Position numbers and translations under genes: made by a program
Source of the DNA: an uncultured Clostridia bacterium
GTDB lineage: Bacteria; Bacillota; Clostridia; TANB77; CAG-508
Assembly (NCBI GenBank): GCA_944388705.1
Contig: CALXJU010000002.1
Coordinates: 3,041 to 67,040 of the forward strand
Direction of reading: 5' to 3'
DNA: 64,000 nt
Shown: positions 53,687-64,000 of the stretch, piece after piece
How positions within the stretch are numbered: the stretch's first letter is position 1
How the letters are laid out: the number at the start of each line of letters is the position of its first letter
Notes under the pieces: model-generated
Database searches by the model: none
The model's input: only the letters and a program-made list of their open reading frames with translations
What the model was told of the DNA's origin: nothing

Positions 53687-56600
53687 TTATCTTTCATCTT
53701 CAACATCTTGTTCATTTGTACTTTGCTGATTTACATCTGTTTCTATATTTTCTAAAACTTTTCCATTCAAGTTATAACCACCTAAATAGCGTATAAATCC
53801 ACCATCTATATATATCATTGGTTTGGTAAAATCATTATTAAAAAATTTCACATTTGCTCCTTGTTTTTGTGGTGTATGTCCTACAACCATTGCATAATCT
53901 TTTGGCCAGCTTATTGGAGCATAGTGTGTATTTGTAGTTTCTTGTCTATACCACAATACGTTTTTAAATCTTGATATTATATCATTATATTTATTCGTTC
54001 CTCTTTGTAATTGCATATCAACAGCTTTTTTTAAATTGAAATTTTTATCATATAAATAAAGGTCTGTATCAAAAACTGCATGTGCTAATGCATATTTAAT
54101 TCCTTTTTGTTCTGTTGTCATCTGAAGTGGTTGATTTCCTAACCAATCACTAAGTTCTTTTAAGCTAATTTTCTTACTTATTATTCCATCTCTAAGTGCT
54201 TCTTGTACTGTCTGTCCAAAGTTTTCTATTTTTTGAAGTGTTACTCCTCCTTTATTATACTCTAAATTTTTCTTATTGTTTAGGTATTGAGAATCATTTG
54301 TATATCCTTCAAGCATGCCTCTCATTACATTATATGCAAATTCATCATGATTTCCAGGTAAATATTGTATTCTTCCTTGATCACTTAATTCTTTTATTTG
54401 TAAAAGAATCTCCATTCCATAATTGCCTCTATCCATGGCATCACCCAAAATTATAAAATTAAGGTTTGGATTTTGTGCCAACTTATTTTTTATTGTTTCC
54501 CAACTATCCTTTCTACCATGTAAATCGCTTACTACAATTGTTTGTGGCTGTTGATTTATAGAAGCATTTTCTTTATTTACCTGTGATGAAGGTTTATCTG
54601 CCTGTTCTTCTGGCTCTTGTTGTCTTTTTTGATAATCTTGCTCTGCTTGTTTAAACTGTTTTTGTATTTCTTCTACTTCTTGCCTTACTCTATTAGTAGT
54701 TTCTATTAATTTTTCCGCCTGATTCCTTACACTTTCTATTTCTTTTGAACCTGTTAAACTTGCTGACCATCCTTTATTTTCTACATCAAAATCGATGCTT
54801 CCTAAAAATTGTATTTCATCATGCCCAGCAGTAGCTTCTTGTAATTTTTTATACAAATCACTAAAAACTTCTGGATTTTCATTAAGTATATCTATTGGAT
54901 TTCCAATTGTTGGTAGTAACACATACTTTGTATTTATCTTGTTATCAACATCACTTTTATCCCATGATTGAATTTCCCACAATATTTGATTTTTTATCAT
55001 TCCAATTGGCGAATAATCTGTTATTTCCAAATTTGTATTTTCTTTAACAGTAGGCTCTGGCAAAATTTCATTATTTTGTTGTTTAGTAAAAAATCCTTTT
55101 ATTGAATCAAGCATACTATTTTTTACTTTATTTGCTTTGGGTATATATGCTTGATTTTCTTTGGCAAGATTTTTTATTTCTTTTTTCATTTCTTCTGATA
55201 TTTCTGTATTGCATTGTATGTCTTGGTTATCAGAAGATATTGACCTTTTATCCGCATATTTTTCACTTTTTTGCATTTGTTCATCACTTTTTAAATATTT
55301 ACCTATATTAGTCATAGAAAGGTCTGATTTATACGCTGACATATCAAAATTATACCATTGTCCATCTATTTTTACTTCATTCCACATATTTGTATCTGAT
55401 TGAACTATTCTTGTTTCTATCCCCTGTGCTTCAAAAACTGCTTTCGTAATATATGCTAATCCATTACTATTTGTTTTTCCATCAATAACGCCATTTGAAA
55501 AGCTTTCAGCATATGTCATTTCATTGTTATATGTATTTTGAGTATTCTTTCTTATACTCATCGCTAATTTTGTAAACTTTTCTAATTCAGTATCTTTATC
55601 TGTTATATCTGCTGTGAAATTATTTATTTTTCCATTCATTCTTTCAACTGTTGTTAATGGGATAATAATTCCACCATATTCATTTAATATAACATCCATG
55701 TCTTCTTTAACATAAGATTTTGCCTTATAATTATTTACTACTTTATCGAAATCTGCTAAAAGTCCATCAGATTCTATGTACAATTTATTAGTTGCTGCTG
55801 TAACTTGAGTTATTCTATCTTTTTTAATTTCTGTTGTTTCCGTTTTTTGGGGTTCTAAATCTTGTGTTACATTTGAATTCTCATCTACTAATGCTATATT
55901 TACTTTCTCATTTGTATTCAAATATTTCTTTAATGTTATTTCATCTATCATATCAGCAAAAGCTGCTATATATGGATTAATATCTTCATTATGTTGTAAT
56001 CTTTTTTGACTTAATTCATCCTGAAGTTCTACATTATCTGAAATTTCTGTTTTCTTTTGTTTTAAGTCTTGATTAGTCATATTTATCTGTGCATATTCAC
56101 TTGCAATTTTATCATAATTAAATATCTGTTGAGCAAAGTCTGATAAAGTATATTCGCTTAATTTTTTATTAATACCATTAACTACACTTTCATTGTCTTT
56201 AAAAATTTCTTGGAATTTTAATAACTCTACTGCATCTTCAATTGATATCTTAGAATTTAATGTTTTTATCAATTGATTTTGTGCTTTCTCAAGCAATTGT
56301 GATGGAGTATATACATCAAGAATTTTTTCATTTTCGTCTAATTCATATTCTGTCTGTTGTTCAGTTGTATTATTAGCTCTATTAGAAGATTCATAATCTA
56401 TTTGAGGATTATTTGCTGGTCCTACTAAACCACGAGTAATCATATTTAAAACTACCGTTGACAATGTTGTCGTTACAGCTGTATTTGTCCAATCATCAAA
56501 GCTATAACTAGCATCTGGATTTACAGTAGCTCTATCTATGTAAGTTCCTGCTATATCAGAAATTGTTTCCTCTAATACTTCTCCGCCTATTCCAATTCCT

Positions 56601-57949
56601 TCATCTGCTATTTTTTGTACTACTTCATTTTTTATGCTTTGTGTTAATGAATTTGTCACATCATCTAATGTTCCTCCACCAAATATTTTTAAACCACCAG
56701 TTAATTTTTCTGTTCCTACTTCTACCATCCCTTTTGCGTTTCCTACTTTTACCGCATCATCTAATTCTGCACCTTGGTTTATTGCTTCTTGTGTTGCCTG
56801 TCCTTTCGCACTTATTCCCATTATACTTAAAGCTAATTCTGGATTTTGAGTAAGGTATGATACAAGCAAACTTGGAGCCATATTTCCTATTGTTTGTCCT
56901 ACATTTCCTGCTGTTTGTGCCACTGCACCATACTCTTCTCCTTCTTCACTTAATTCTTGATTCATATTTCCTATTGCATCTGACATTACAGTTTCAGCTT
57001 CCATCGTTTTTTCATCTAAATTAGGCATCAATTTTCCATATAATTGACATGTTGTATCAAATAATTTTTTTGCTGATAACGAATTTATAGCTACTGAACT
57101 TGCTTCTACAAATATACCAGCCATTTTTTCTGGTATACTTTTGTCTTTATCTGTTACTATTTCAGATACCTTTTTTTCATATTCTAGAATATCATCGAAA
57201 TCAATTGTCAAAGCACCTGTAGATGAAGCAGCTTGGAATCCATCTGTTACTATATCTACTCCACTTTTTTCTTCACTTTCATTCATATTATTTGCAGCTT
57301 CTGTCATTACAGCCTGTCCTACTCCACCTATTCCAGAAACTATTCCAGCTCCAGTTCTTCTGGCTACATATCCTACATTATCTCCTATCGTTTTTTCATC
57401 ATCAATACTTTGATTATTTGCTTGTTCACTCCAATATGACTCCTCTAATTGATTATAATTTTCTAATTCGTCAAATGTAGTATTTGCAATAATATCTCTT
57501 CCTTGCCCTCTGGCAATTTGGGTTTCTTTAGTTTTTTGGCTATTATTTATTTCTGTATTTTCTAAATAGCTACTTTCTGAATATGTTTCATCTATTATAG
57601 GATTACCTTCTCTATCTGAATCTATCTGTTTCTTCATATTACTTCTTTTTACAGTTCCATCTTCTTGTTGGCTATAATTGGTAACTTCTTTTGAAACTGT
57701 TCCATCATAGTATATTGTAATTGAATCTTCTTTTACAGATAAATTTTCCATCAATAAATCTACTATTTCTTCATTTGATAAATCTTCGTTTATGTTTTGT
57801 AATTCTGATAAATAATAGTCCATTTCATGCAAAAGGACTTCATTTTCTAGTAGTTCTTTTTTTACATTTAGATTTTTCAATTTATTTTCTAATTCTTTCA
57901 TTAGTGGTGATTTTTCTTCCATACATCCTCCAATATTTTCTTTAATCAT
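53687..57949 (-). CDS. Large multidomain protein: Gly-rich/hydrophobic N-terminal region, degenerate transglutaminase-like core, C-terminal PPP-family metallophosphatase
   Basis: The C-terminus has VVSDLHGR (DxHG), GDAMDRGNYG (GDxxDRG) and LPGNHDEF (GNHD/E). The middle segment NGLAYITKAVFEAQGIETRIVQSDTNMWNEVKIDGQWYNFD is laid out like a transglutaminase core but lacks the Cys and His. The likely start is MEEKSP at 57922 (GGAGG upstream). Confidence 0.65.
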   Translation of the reverse strand: MIKENIGGCMEEKSPLMKELENKLKNLNVKKELLENEVLLHEMDYYLSELQNINEDLSNEEIVDLLMENLSVKEDSITIYYDGTVSKEVTNYSQQEDGTVKRSNMKKQIDSDREGNPIIDETYSESSYLENTEINNSQKTKETQIARGQGRDIIANTTFDELENYNQLEESYWSEQANNQSIDDEKTIGDNVGYVARRTGAGIVSGIGGVGQAVMTEAANNMNESEEKSGVDIVTDGFQAASSTGALTIDFDDILEYEKKVSEIVTDKDKSIPEKMAGIFVEASSVAINSLSAKKLFDTTCQLYGKLMPNLDEKTMEAETVMSDAIGNMNQELSEEGEEYGAVAQTAGNVGQTIGNMAPSLLVSYLTQNPELALSIMGISAKGQATQEAINQGAELDDAVKVGNAKGMVEVGTEKLTGGLKIFGGGTLDDVTNSLTQSIKNEVVQKIADEGIGIGGEVLEETISDIAGTYIDRATVNPDASYSFDDWTNTAVTTTLSTVVLNMITRGLVGPANNPQIDYESSNRANNTTEQQTEYELDENEKILDVYTPSQLLEKAQNQLIKTLNSKISIEDAVELLKFQEIFKDNESVVNGINKKLSEYTLSDFAQQIFNYDKIASEYAQINMTNQDLKQKKTEISDNVELQDELSQKRLQHNEDINPYIAAFADMIDEITLKKYLNTNEKVNIALVDENSNVTQDLEPQKTETTEIKKDRITQVTAATNKLYIESDGLLADFDKVVNNYKAKSYVKEDMDVILNEYGGIIIPLTTVERMNGKINNFTADITDKDTELEKFTKLAMSIRKNTQNTYNNEMTYAESFSNGVIDGKTNSNGLAYITKAVFEAQGIETRIVQSDTNMWNEVKIDGQWYNFDMSAYKSDLSMTNIGKYLKSDEQMQKSEKYADKRSISSDNQDIQCNTEISEEMKKEIKNLAKENQAYIPKANKVKNSMLDSIKGFFTKQQNNEILPEPTVKENTNLEITDYSPIGMIKNQILWEIQSWDKSDVDNKINTKYVLLPTIGNPIDILNENPEVFSDLYKKLQEATAGHDEIQFLGSIDFDVENKGWSASLTGSKEIESVRNQAEKLIETTNRVRQEVEEIQKQFKQAEQDYQKRQQEPEEQADKPSSQVNKENASINQQPQTIVVSDLHGRKDSWETIKNKLAQNPNLNFIILGDAMDRGNYGMEILLQIKELSDQGRIQYLPGNHDEFAYNVMRGMLEGYTNDSQYLNNKKNLEYNKGGVTLQKIENFGQTVQEALRDGIISKKISLKELSDWLGNQPLQMTTEQKGIKYALAHAVFDTDLYLYDKNFNLKKAVDMQLQRGTNKYNDIISRFKNVLWYRQETTNTHYAPISWPKDYAMVVGHTPQKQGANVKFFNNDFTKPMIYIDGGFIRYLGGYNLNGKVLENIETDVNQQSTNEQDVEDER

Positions 57950-57964
57950 TTGTACTTAAAATCA

Positions 57965-59323
57965 TTAAACTATTATTGATATTTTAGCAGCTAGTCCGAT
58001 ATAATCTTTAGTTTCTAAGCTTAGTAATTTATTTTTATCTTCTTCTTTTATATCTAATTTTTTTACAAATTCTTTAATTTCTTCTAACGTTACCTTTTTT
58101 CCTCTTGTTAAATCTTTTAATATTTCATATGCATCTTGGTATCCGTTTTTTCTTAATATTGTTTGTATTGCTTCTGACAATACCTCTGGTGAATTTCTTA
58201 ATTCTTCTTCTAATAATTTTTTATTTACACTTAATTTATTAACCCCTTTTATTGTTTGTTTTATAGAAATTAATGAATATGCTATTGCTAATCCAATATT
58301 TCTAAGCATAGACGAATCACTCAAATCTCTCTGCATTCTTGAAATTTGTAAATTATCAATAAAACTTGTTAATATTCCATTTGAAATTCTAATATTGGCC
58401 ATAGAATTTTCAAAGTTTATTGGATTGATTTTATGTGGCATAACTGAAGAACCTATTTCTCCTTTTACATTACTTTGTAGAAAATAATTTCTACTAATAT
58501 ACATCCACATATCATTATCAAAATCTAATAATATATTATTAAATAATTTTATTTCTGAAAATAAGATACATATATTATCATGTGTTTCTATTTGTGTTGT
58601 AAATAAATTATACTCTATTCCAAAGCTTTCTACAAATTCTTGTGTTAATTTAATCCAATCAATTTCTGGATATGCTATTACATGTGCATTAAAATTTCCA
58701 ACAGTTCCATTAAATTTTCCTGTTATTTTTTCATTTTCTAATTTATTTATTATCTTTTCCCATCTATATGCAAATATTCCTAGTTCTTTTCCTACAGTTG
58801 TTGGTGTTGCAGGTTGACCATGTGTATGTGAAAGCATTGAAATTTCTGAATATTCTTTTGTTTTTTGCTTTATATCGTCTATTAATTTTCTTGCATTAGG
58901 TATAAATATTTTACTTACTAGTCCTTTTATCATTATACCATATGCTATATTATTTATATCTTCTGATGTGCATGCAAAATGTATCCAATTATTATATTTT
59001 TCAATTCCTTTTTCTTTAAATTTTTCTCTTAAAAAATATTCTACAGCTTTTACATCATGTTTTGTTTTTTCTTCTATTTCTTTTACTCTTTTTGCTTGTG
59101 TTAAGTCAAATTCTTCTATAATCTGTTCTAATATATCAATATCATTTTTCTCATATTTTATATTTAGCTTTTCACTGTATTCAAATAACTTTTCTAACCA
59201 CTTTATTTCTACAATTACTCTATATTTTATTAAATTGTATTCATTAAAAACTTGTTTTATCTCTTGTGTTAATTCTTCATATCTACCTTCTACTGGTGAT
59301 ATGCTGTATAAATTATCTGACAT
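57965..59323 (-). CDS. purB: Adenylosuccinate lyase
   Basis: 452 aa. SPVEGRYEELT..., the fumarate-lyase signature region SSVMPHKINPINFEN, and the long PurB-type C-terminus. Confidence 0.93.
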   Translation of the reverse strand: MSDNLYSISPVEGRYEELTQEIKQVFNEYNLIKYRVIVEIKWLEKLFEYSEKLNIKYEKNDIDILEQIIEEFDLTQAKRVKEIEEKTKHDVKAVEYFLREKFKEKGIEKYNNWIHFACTSEDINNIAYGIMIKGLVSKIFIPNARKLIDDIKQKTKEYSEISMLSHTHGQPATPTTVGKELGIFAYRWEKIINKLENEKITGKFNGTVGNFNAHVIAYPEIDWIKLTQEFVESFGIEYNLFTTQIETHDNICILFSEIKLFNNILLDFDNDMWMYISRNYFLQSNVKGEIGSSVMPHKINPINFENSMANIRISNGILTSFIDNLQISRMQRDLSDSSMLRNIGLAIAYSLISIKQTIKGVNKLSVNKKLLEEELRNSPEVLSEAIQTILRKNGYQDAYEILKDLTRGKKVTLEEIKEFVKKLDIKEEDKNKLLSLETKDYIGLAAKISIIV

Positions 59324-59336
59324 AATATTTCTCCTT

Positions 59337-60647
<1,311 letters not shown>

Positions 60648-60687
60648 TTATATTATTAAAATGAGTGTTTGTCTATATATTTGAGTA

Positions 60688-60732
60688 AAATAAAAAAGAC
60701 GATTTTATCCAAATTTATGATAAATCGTCTTT
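60688..60732 (-). terminator. Rho-independent terminator downstream of pnp
   Basis: 11-bp stem AAAGACGATTT (60695-60705) / AAATCGTCTTT (60722-60732). The stem's 3' arm plus the next bases read CGTCTTTTTTATTTTAC on the minus strand. Confidence 0.7.
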
Positions 60733-60737
60733 AAAAT

Positions 60738-62897
60738 TTATTCGTTTTCTATTACTTCATTCTCTGTTTCTTCATTTTCAGTTGATTCTTCTTTATTTTC
60801 AACCAAATCTTTCATTGTAAGATTAATTCTGCCTTGTTCGTCGATTTCAATTACTTTAACAGGAACTTTATCTCCAACTTTTACAAAGTCTTCTACATTT
60901 TTAACTCTTTCTTTTGATATTTTAGATACATGAACTAATCCTTCTTTTCCTCCCCCAATGTCTACAAAAGCTCCATAAGTTGTTGTTCTAGTAACTGTTC
61001 CATAATAGATTTGTCCAACTTCAAACTCTCTAACAATGTCTTCTATCATATCTAGAGCTTGATATGCTTTGTCTTGGTCTGCTGAATAAATCATAACTTG
61101 TCCATCTTCTTCGATATCTATTTTTACTCCTGTTGCATCTATTATTTTGTTGATTGTTTCTCCACCTTTACCTATAACATCTTTTATTTTTTCTACTTTT
61201 ATTTGTGTTGAAACAATATGTGGTGCATATTTTGATATTTCTTCTCTTGGCTCAGCTATTTGTGGTTTCATTATTTCATCTAAAATATATTGTCTTGCTT
61301 TTCTAGTTCTAGAAAATGCTTCTTCAATTATTTCATATGATAAACCATCTACTTTTATATCTACTTGAATTGCTGTAATTCCTTTTTCTGTTCCTCCAAC
61401 TTTAAAATCCATATCTCCAAAGAAATCTTCTAATCCTTGAATGTCTGTTAACATTACATAATCATCTGGATTTTCTGGGTTTGTTACTAATCCTGTTGAA
61501 ATTCCTGCAACTGGTCTTTTTATTGGAACACCTGCATCCATTAATGCTAATGTACTTCCACATATACTTGCTTGTGATGTTGAACCATTTGATGATAATA
61601 CTTCTGATACAACTCTTATTGCATATGGAAATTCTTCTTTTGATGGTATTACCGGTACCAATGCTTTTTCTGCTAATGCACCATGTCCTATTTCTCTTCT
61701 TCCTGGTCCTCTTGATGGCCTTGCTTCTCCAACACTATATGCTGGAAAATTATATTGATGCATATATCTTTTAGCTGTTTCTGTGTCTATTCCATCTAGT
61801 TCTTGTTCTTCACTTATCATTCCTAATGTTACAACTGACATTACTTGTGTTTGTCCTCTTGTGAATAATGCACTACCATGTGTACGTGGTAATATTCCAA
61901 CTTCACATGATAATGGTCTTATTTCATCTAACGCTCTACCATCAACTCTTTTATGCTCATAAAATATCATGTCTCTTACACATTTTTTCTCTAATTTGTA
62001 TATTGCTTCTCCAATTTCTTGTTTTCTTTCTTCTGCTTCTTCTTCACCTAATTTTTCTGTTACAGCTGCAATAATTTCATCTGACAATACTGATACATTA
62101 TTATCTCTTGTATCTTTATCTACTTCTTGTACAGCTACTTTCATTTTTTCTGTGAAGTTTTCTTCCATGAAGTCATATAATTCATGGTCTACTGCAAATG
62201 ATTTATATTCAAATTTTGGTTTTCCTATTTCTTCTTTTATTGATGAAATAAATTTACATATTTTTTTGATTTCTTCATGTCCTCTTTTTATTGCTTCTAG
62301 CATTGTTTCATCTGAAACTTCATTTGCTCCAGCTTCTATCATTGCAACTTTTTCTTCTGTTCCTGCTACTGTTAATGTTAAGTCACTTACTTCTCTTTGT
62401 GCTTCTGTTGGGTTTATTACAATCTGTCCATCTACTAATCCAACATTTACTGCTGCTGTTGGTCCTCCAAATGGAATATCTGATATTGATAATGCTGCTG
62501 AAGCTCCTATCATCGCTGCAACTTCTGGTGAATTATCTTGTTCAACACATAAAACTGTTGCAACTACTACTACATCATTTCTAAAGTCTTTTGGGAACAA
62601 TGGTCTTAATGGTCTATCTATTGCTCTTGATGTTAATATTGCTTTATCACTTGGTTTTCCTTCTCTTTTTTGGAATGACCCTGGTATTTTTCCTACTGCA
62701 TATAATTTTTCTTCATAATCTACTGATAATGGAAAAAAGTCTATTCCTTCTTTTGGCTCTTTTGATGCTGTAACATTTACCATTACAACTGTATCCCCAT
62801 ATTTTACTAGCACACTACCATTTGTTAGTCCACATAGTTTACCTGTTTCTATTACAAGTTTTCTTCCTGCTAATTCTGTTTCATAACTTTTAAACAT
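60738..62897 (-). CDS. pnp: Polyribonucleotide nucleotidyltransferase (PNPase)
   Basis: 719 aa with two RNase PH domains, a KH domain (IGKGGETINKI) and an S1 domain (GQIYYGTVTRTTTYGAFVDIGGGKEGLVHVS). Confidence 0.97.
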   Translation of the reverse strand: MFKSYETELAGRKLVIETGKLCGLTNGSVLVKYGDTVVMVNVTASKEPKEGIDFFPLSVDYEEKLYAVGKIPGSFQKREGKPSDKAILTSRAIDRPLRPLFPKDFRNDVVVVATVLCVEQDNSPEVAAMIGASAALSISDIPFGGPTAAVNVGLVDGQIVINPTEAQREVSDLTLTVAGTEEKVAMIEAGANEVSDETMLEAIKRGHEEIKKICKFISSIKEEIGKPKFEYKSFAVDHELYDFMEENFTEKMKVAVQEVDKDTRDNNVSVLSDEIIAAVTEKLGEEEAEERKQEIGEAIYKLEKKCVRDMIFYEHKRVDGRALDEIRPLSCEVGILPRTHGSALFTRGQTQVMSVVTLGMISEEQELDGIDTETAKRYMHQYNFPAYSVGEARPSRGPGRREIGHGALAEKALVPVIPSKEEFPYAIRVVSEVLSSNGSTSQASICGSTLALMDAGVPIKRPVAGISTGLVTNPENPDDYVMLTDIQGLEDFFGDMDFKVGGTEKGITAIQVDIKVDGLSYEIIEEAFSRTRKARQYILDEIMKPQIAEPREEISKYAPHIVSTQIKVEKIKDVIGKGGETINKIIDATGVKIDIEEDGQVMIYSADQDKAYQALDMIEDIVREFEVGQIYYGTVTRTTTYGAFVDIGGGKEGLVHVSKISKERVKNVEDFVKVGDKVPVKVIEIDEQGRINLTMKDLVENKEESTENEETENEVIENE

Positions 62898-63019
62898 ATT
62901 TTTACTCTCCTTTTTTTATTTTTACACCTATTTTCAAGTAAACTAATTAGATTGTAACCTCTATAATATCTTAATTTCTTAGGACATTATACAAGCTACT
63001 TTTCTACTTTAGTTTACTT

Positions 63020-63056
63020 GAATAAAAGAGACGCTAGCTTGTTGCAAACGCCTCTT
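63020..63056 (-). terminator. Terminator/attenuator hairpin between rpsO and pnp
   Basis: Minus strand: AAGAGGCGTT (63047-63056) pairs with AGCGTCTCTT (63026-63035), including two G-U pairs, followed by TTATTC. Confidence 0.5.
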
Positions 63057-63068
63057 ACAACTTATCAA

Positions 63069-63332
63069 CTATTTTCTTAGTCCTAGTTTTTCAACTATTG
63101 CTTTATATGCATTTTCGTCTTTTTTTGCTAAGTAGTTTAATAAATTTCTTCTTCTTCCAACCATTTTTAGTAATCCTCTTCTTGAATGATTGTCTTTTTT
63201 ATGAACTTTTAAATGCTCTGTTAATTCATTAATTCTTTCTGTTAAAAGAGCGATTTGTACTTCTGATGATCCAGTGTCTTTTTCGTCTCTTCTGTATTGA
63301 TTAATGATTTCTTGTTTTCTTTCAGCTGTCAT
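63069..63332 (-). CDS. rpsO: 30S ribosomal protein S15
   Basis: 87 aa: ...[49 protein letters not shown]... Confidence 0.97.
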   Translation of the reverse strand: MTAERKQEIINQYRRDEKDTGSSEVQIALLTERINELTEHLKVHKKDNHSRRGLLKMVGRRRNLLNYLAKKDENAYKAIVEKLGLRK

Positions 63333-63456
63333 AATTACACCTCCTATTTCTTTTCCTCCTTATACCGAGCTACAATAATAGGTGTATTTTATTGTGCTAA
63401 GTTTAAGGAACATTTTTTTACATAAATATTGTACTATACTTTTGAACAGAAATCAA
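63333..63456 (-). promoter_or_regulatory. rpsO promoter and structured leader (candidate S15 autoregulatory element)
   Basis: Minus strand: TTGATT (63451-63456), 17 nt spacer, TACAAT (63428-63433). The leader hairpin is ACAATAA-loop-TTATTGT. Its loop sequence TACACCTAT is complementary to the ATAGG(AG)GTGTA that spans the SD. Confidence 0.45.
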
Positions 63457-63475
63457 GTGTTTATGGTAATTTTTT

Positions 63476-64000
63476 CTATATTATATCTCTTCTATTAAAA
63501 CTATCATACATGGTAACTAGCATAAGAATTGCACAAACTCCTAATACTCCAAGTGAAAACCATAATGATGTTGATGTTGCAAAACTATCTGTTGCAAAAC
63601 TTATTGGATTACTTGCATTTGGAAATATTTTATCAGCAATATTCAAATTATTAAATGGTACAAAACGTATCCAATCTTTTTTTATAAATTGATTTATTAT
63701 TGCCATTGCAATTGAGTTTCCAATATATATTGCAACACTAAAGCTTACTGCTACTGCTGTATTTCTTGTCAATACTGAAAGCATAAGTGCAAATAGTGCA
63801 AATATAATTACTGGAATTAGTTTTGCAAAATATAATGATATTAAATATACTGCATTTCCTAATTCAACTACATTTCCATCTTTAACAAATAGATATGTTT
63901 CTGCCTGAGTATCAAAGAATATATTTCCTAATATTATAGTTAATATTGCCATTACTAATGTTATTACAATTATATAGAATAATATTGATAATATTTTTGC
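63476..64000 (-). CDS. ABC-2-type transporter permease-like membrane protein (N-terminus beyond the window)
   Basis: The reading frame stays open to position 64000 (...AKILSILFYIIVITLVMAIL...). It has multiple TM helices. The assignment is by hydrophobic pattern only. Confidence 0.4.
   Translation of the reverse strand, partial: AKILSILFYIIVITLVMAILTIILGNIFFDTQAETYLFVKDGNVVELGNAVYLISLYFAKLIPVIIFALFALMLSVLTRNTAVAVSFSVAIYIGNSIAMAIINQFIKKDWIRFVPFNNLNIADKIFPNASNPISFATDSFATSTSLWFSLGVLGVCAILMLVTMYDSFNRRDII

Overview
This is a strongly AT-rich chromosome segment from a low-GC, endospore-forming Firmicute (Clostridia-like). All calls come from reading the ORF-track translations and the raw sequence; no database search was run. 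All but two of about 50 protein genes lie on the minus strand.

Bases 1-16,000 hold housekeeping and sporulation genes: yqeG-like, an SLT lytic transglycosylase, polA, queH, ruvB, recA, an OppA-like binding protein, spoVS, ymdB, spoIIQ-like, spoIID and spoIIAA-spoIIAB-sigF.

Bases 16,100-44,200 form a roughly 28-kb accessory surface-structure island, bounded by strong terminators, between the spoIIA operon and mutS. It holds a 2522-aa beta-helix surface protein. It also holds four ER/archaeal-type (SipW-like) signal peptidase paralogs, one of them degenerate, and at least nine proteins with SipW-cognate-type signals that form one diverged TasA-like superfamily. An L,D-transpeptidase is also present. 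Inside one tightly packed 8-gene operon sits a membrane-anchored McrB-like AAA+ NTPase with two unknown partners. This combination is my best candidate for an undescribed system.

Bases 44,400-64,000 hold mutS, miaB, a frameshifted pilin-like LRR gene, addA without addB, a 1420-aa multidomain protein with a PPP-type phosphatase, purB, purA, pnp, rpsO and a partial ABC-2 permease.

Non-coding highlights:
- a 410-bp foldback with four near-perfect helices (10605-11013);
- three copies of a palindromic element with a conserved G/C-rich apical core and compensatory stem changes, two of which bracket the AAA+-containing operon;
- phased TTACAT repeat arrays in both divergent promoter regions of the island.

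I found no rRNA, tRNA, CRISPR array, integrase or transposase.
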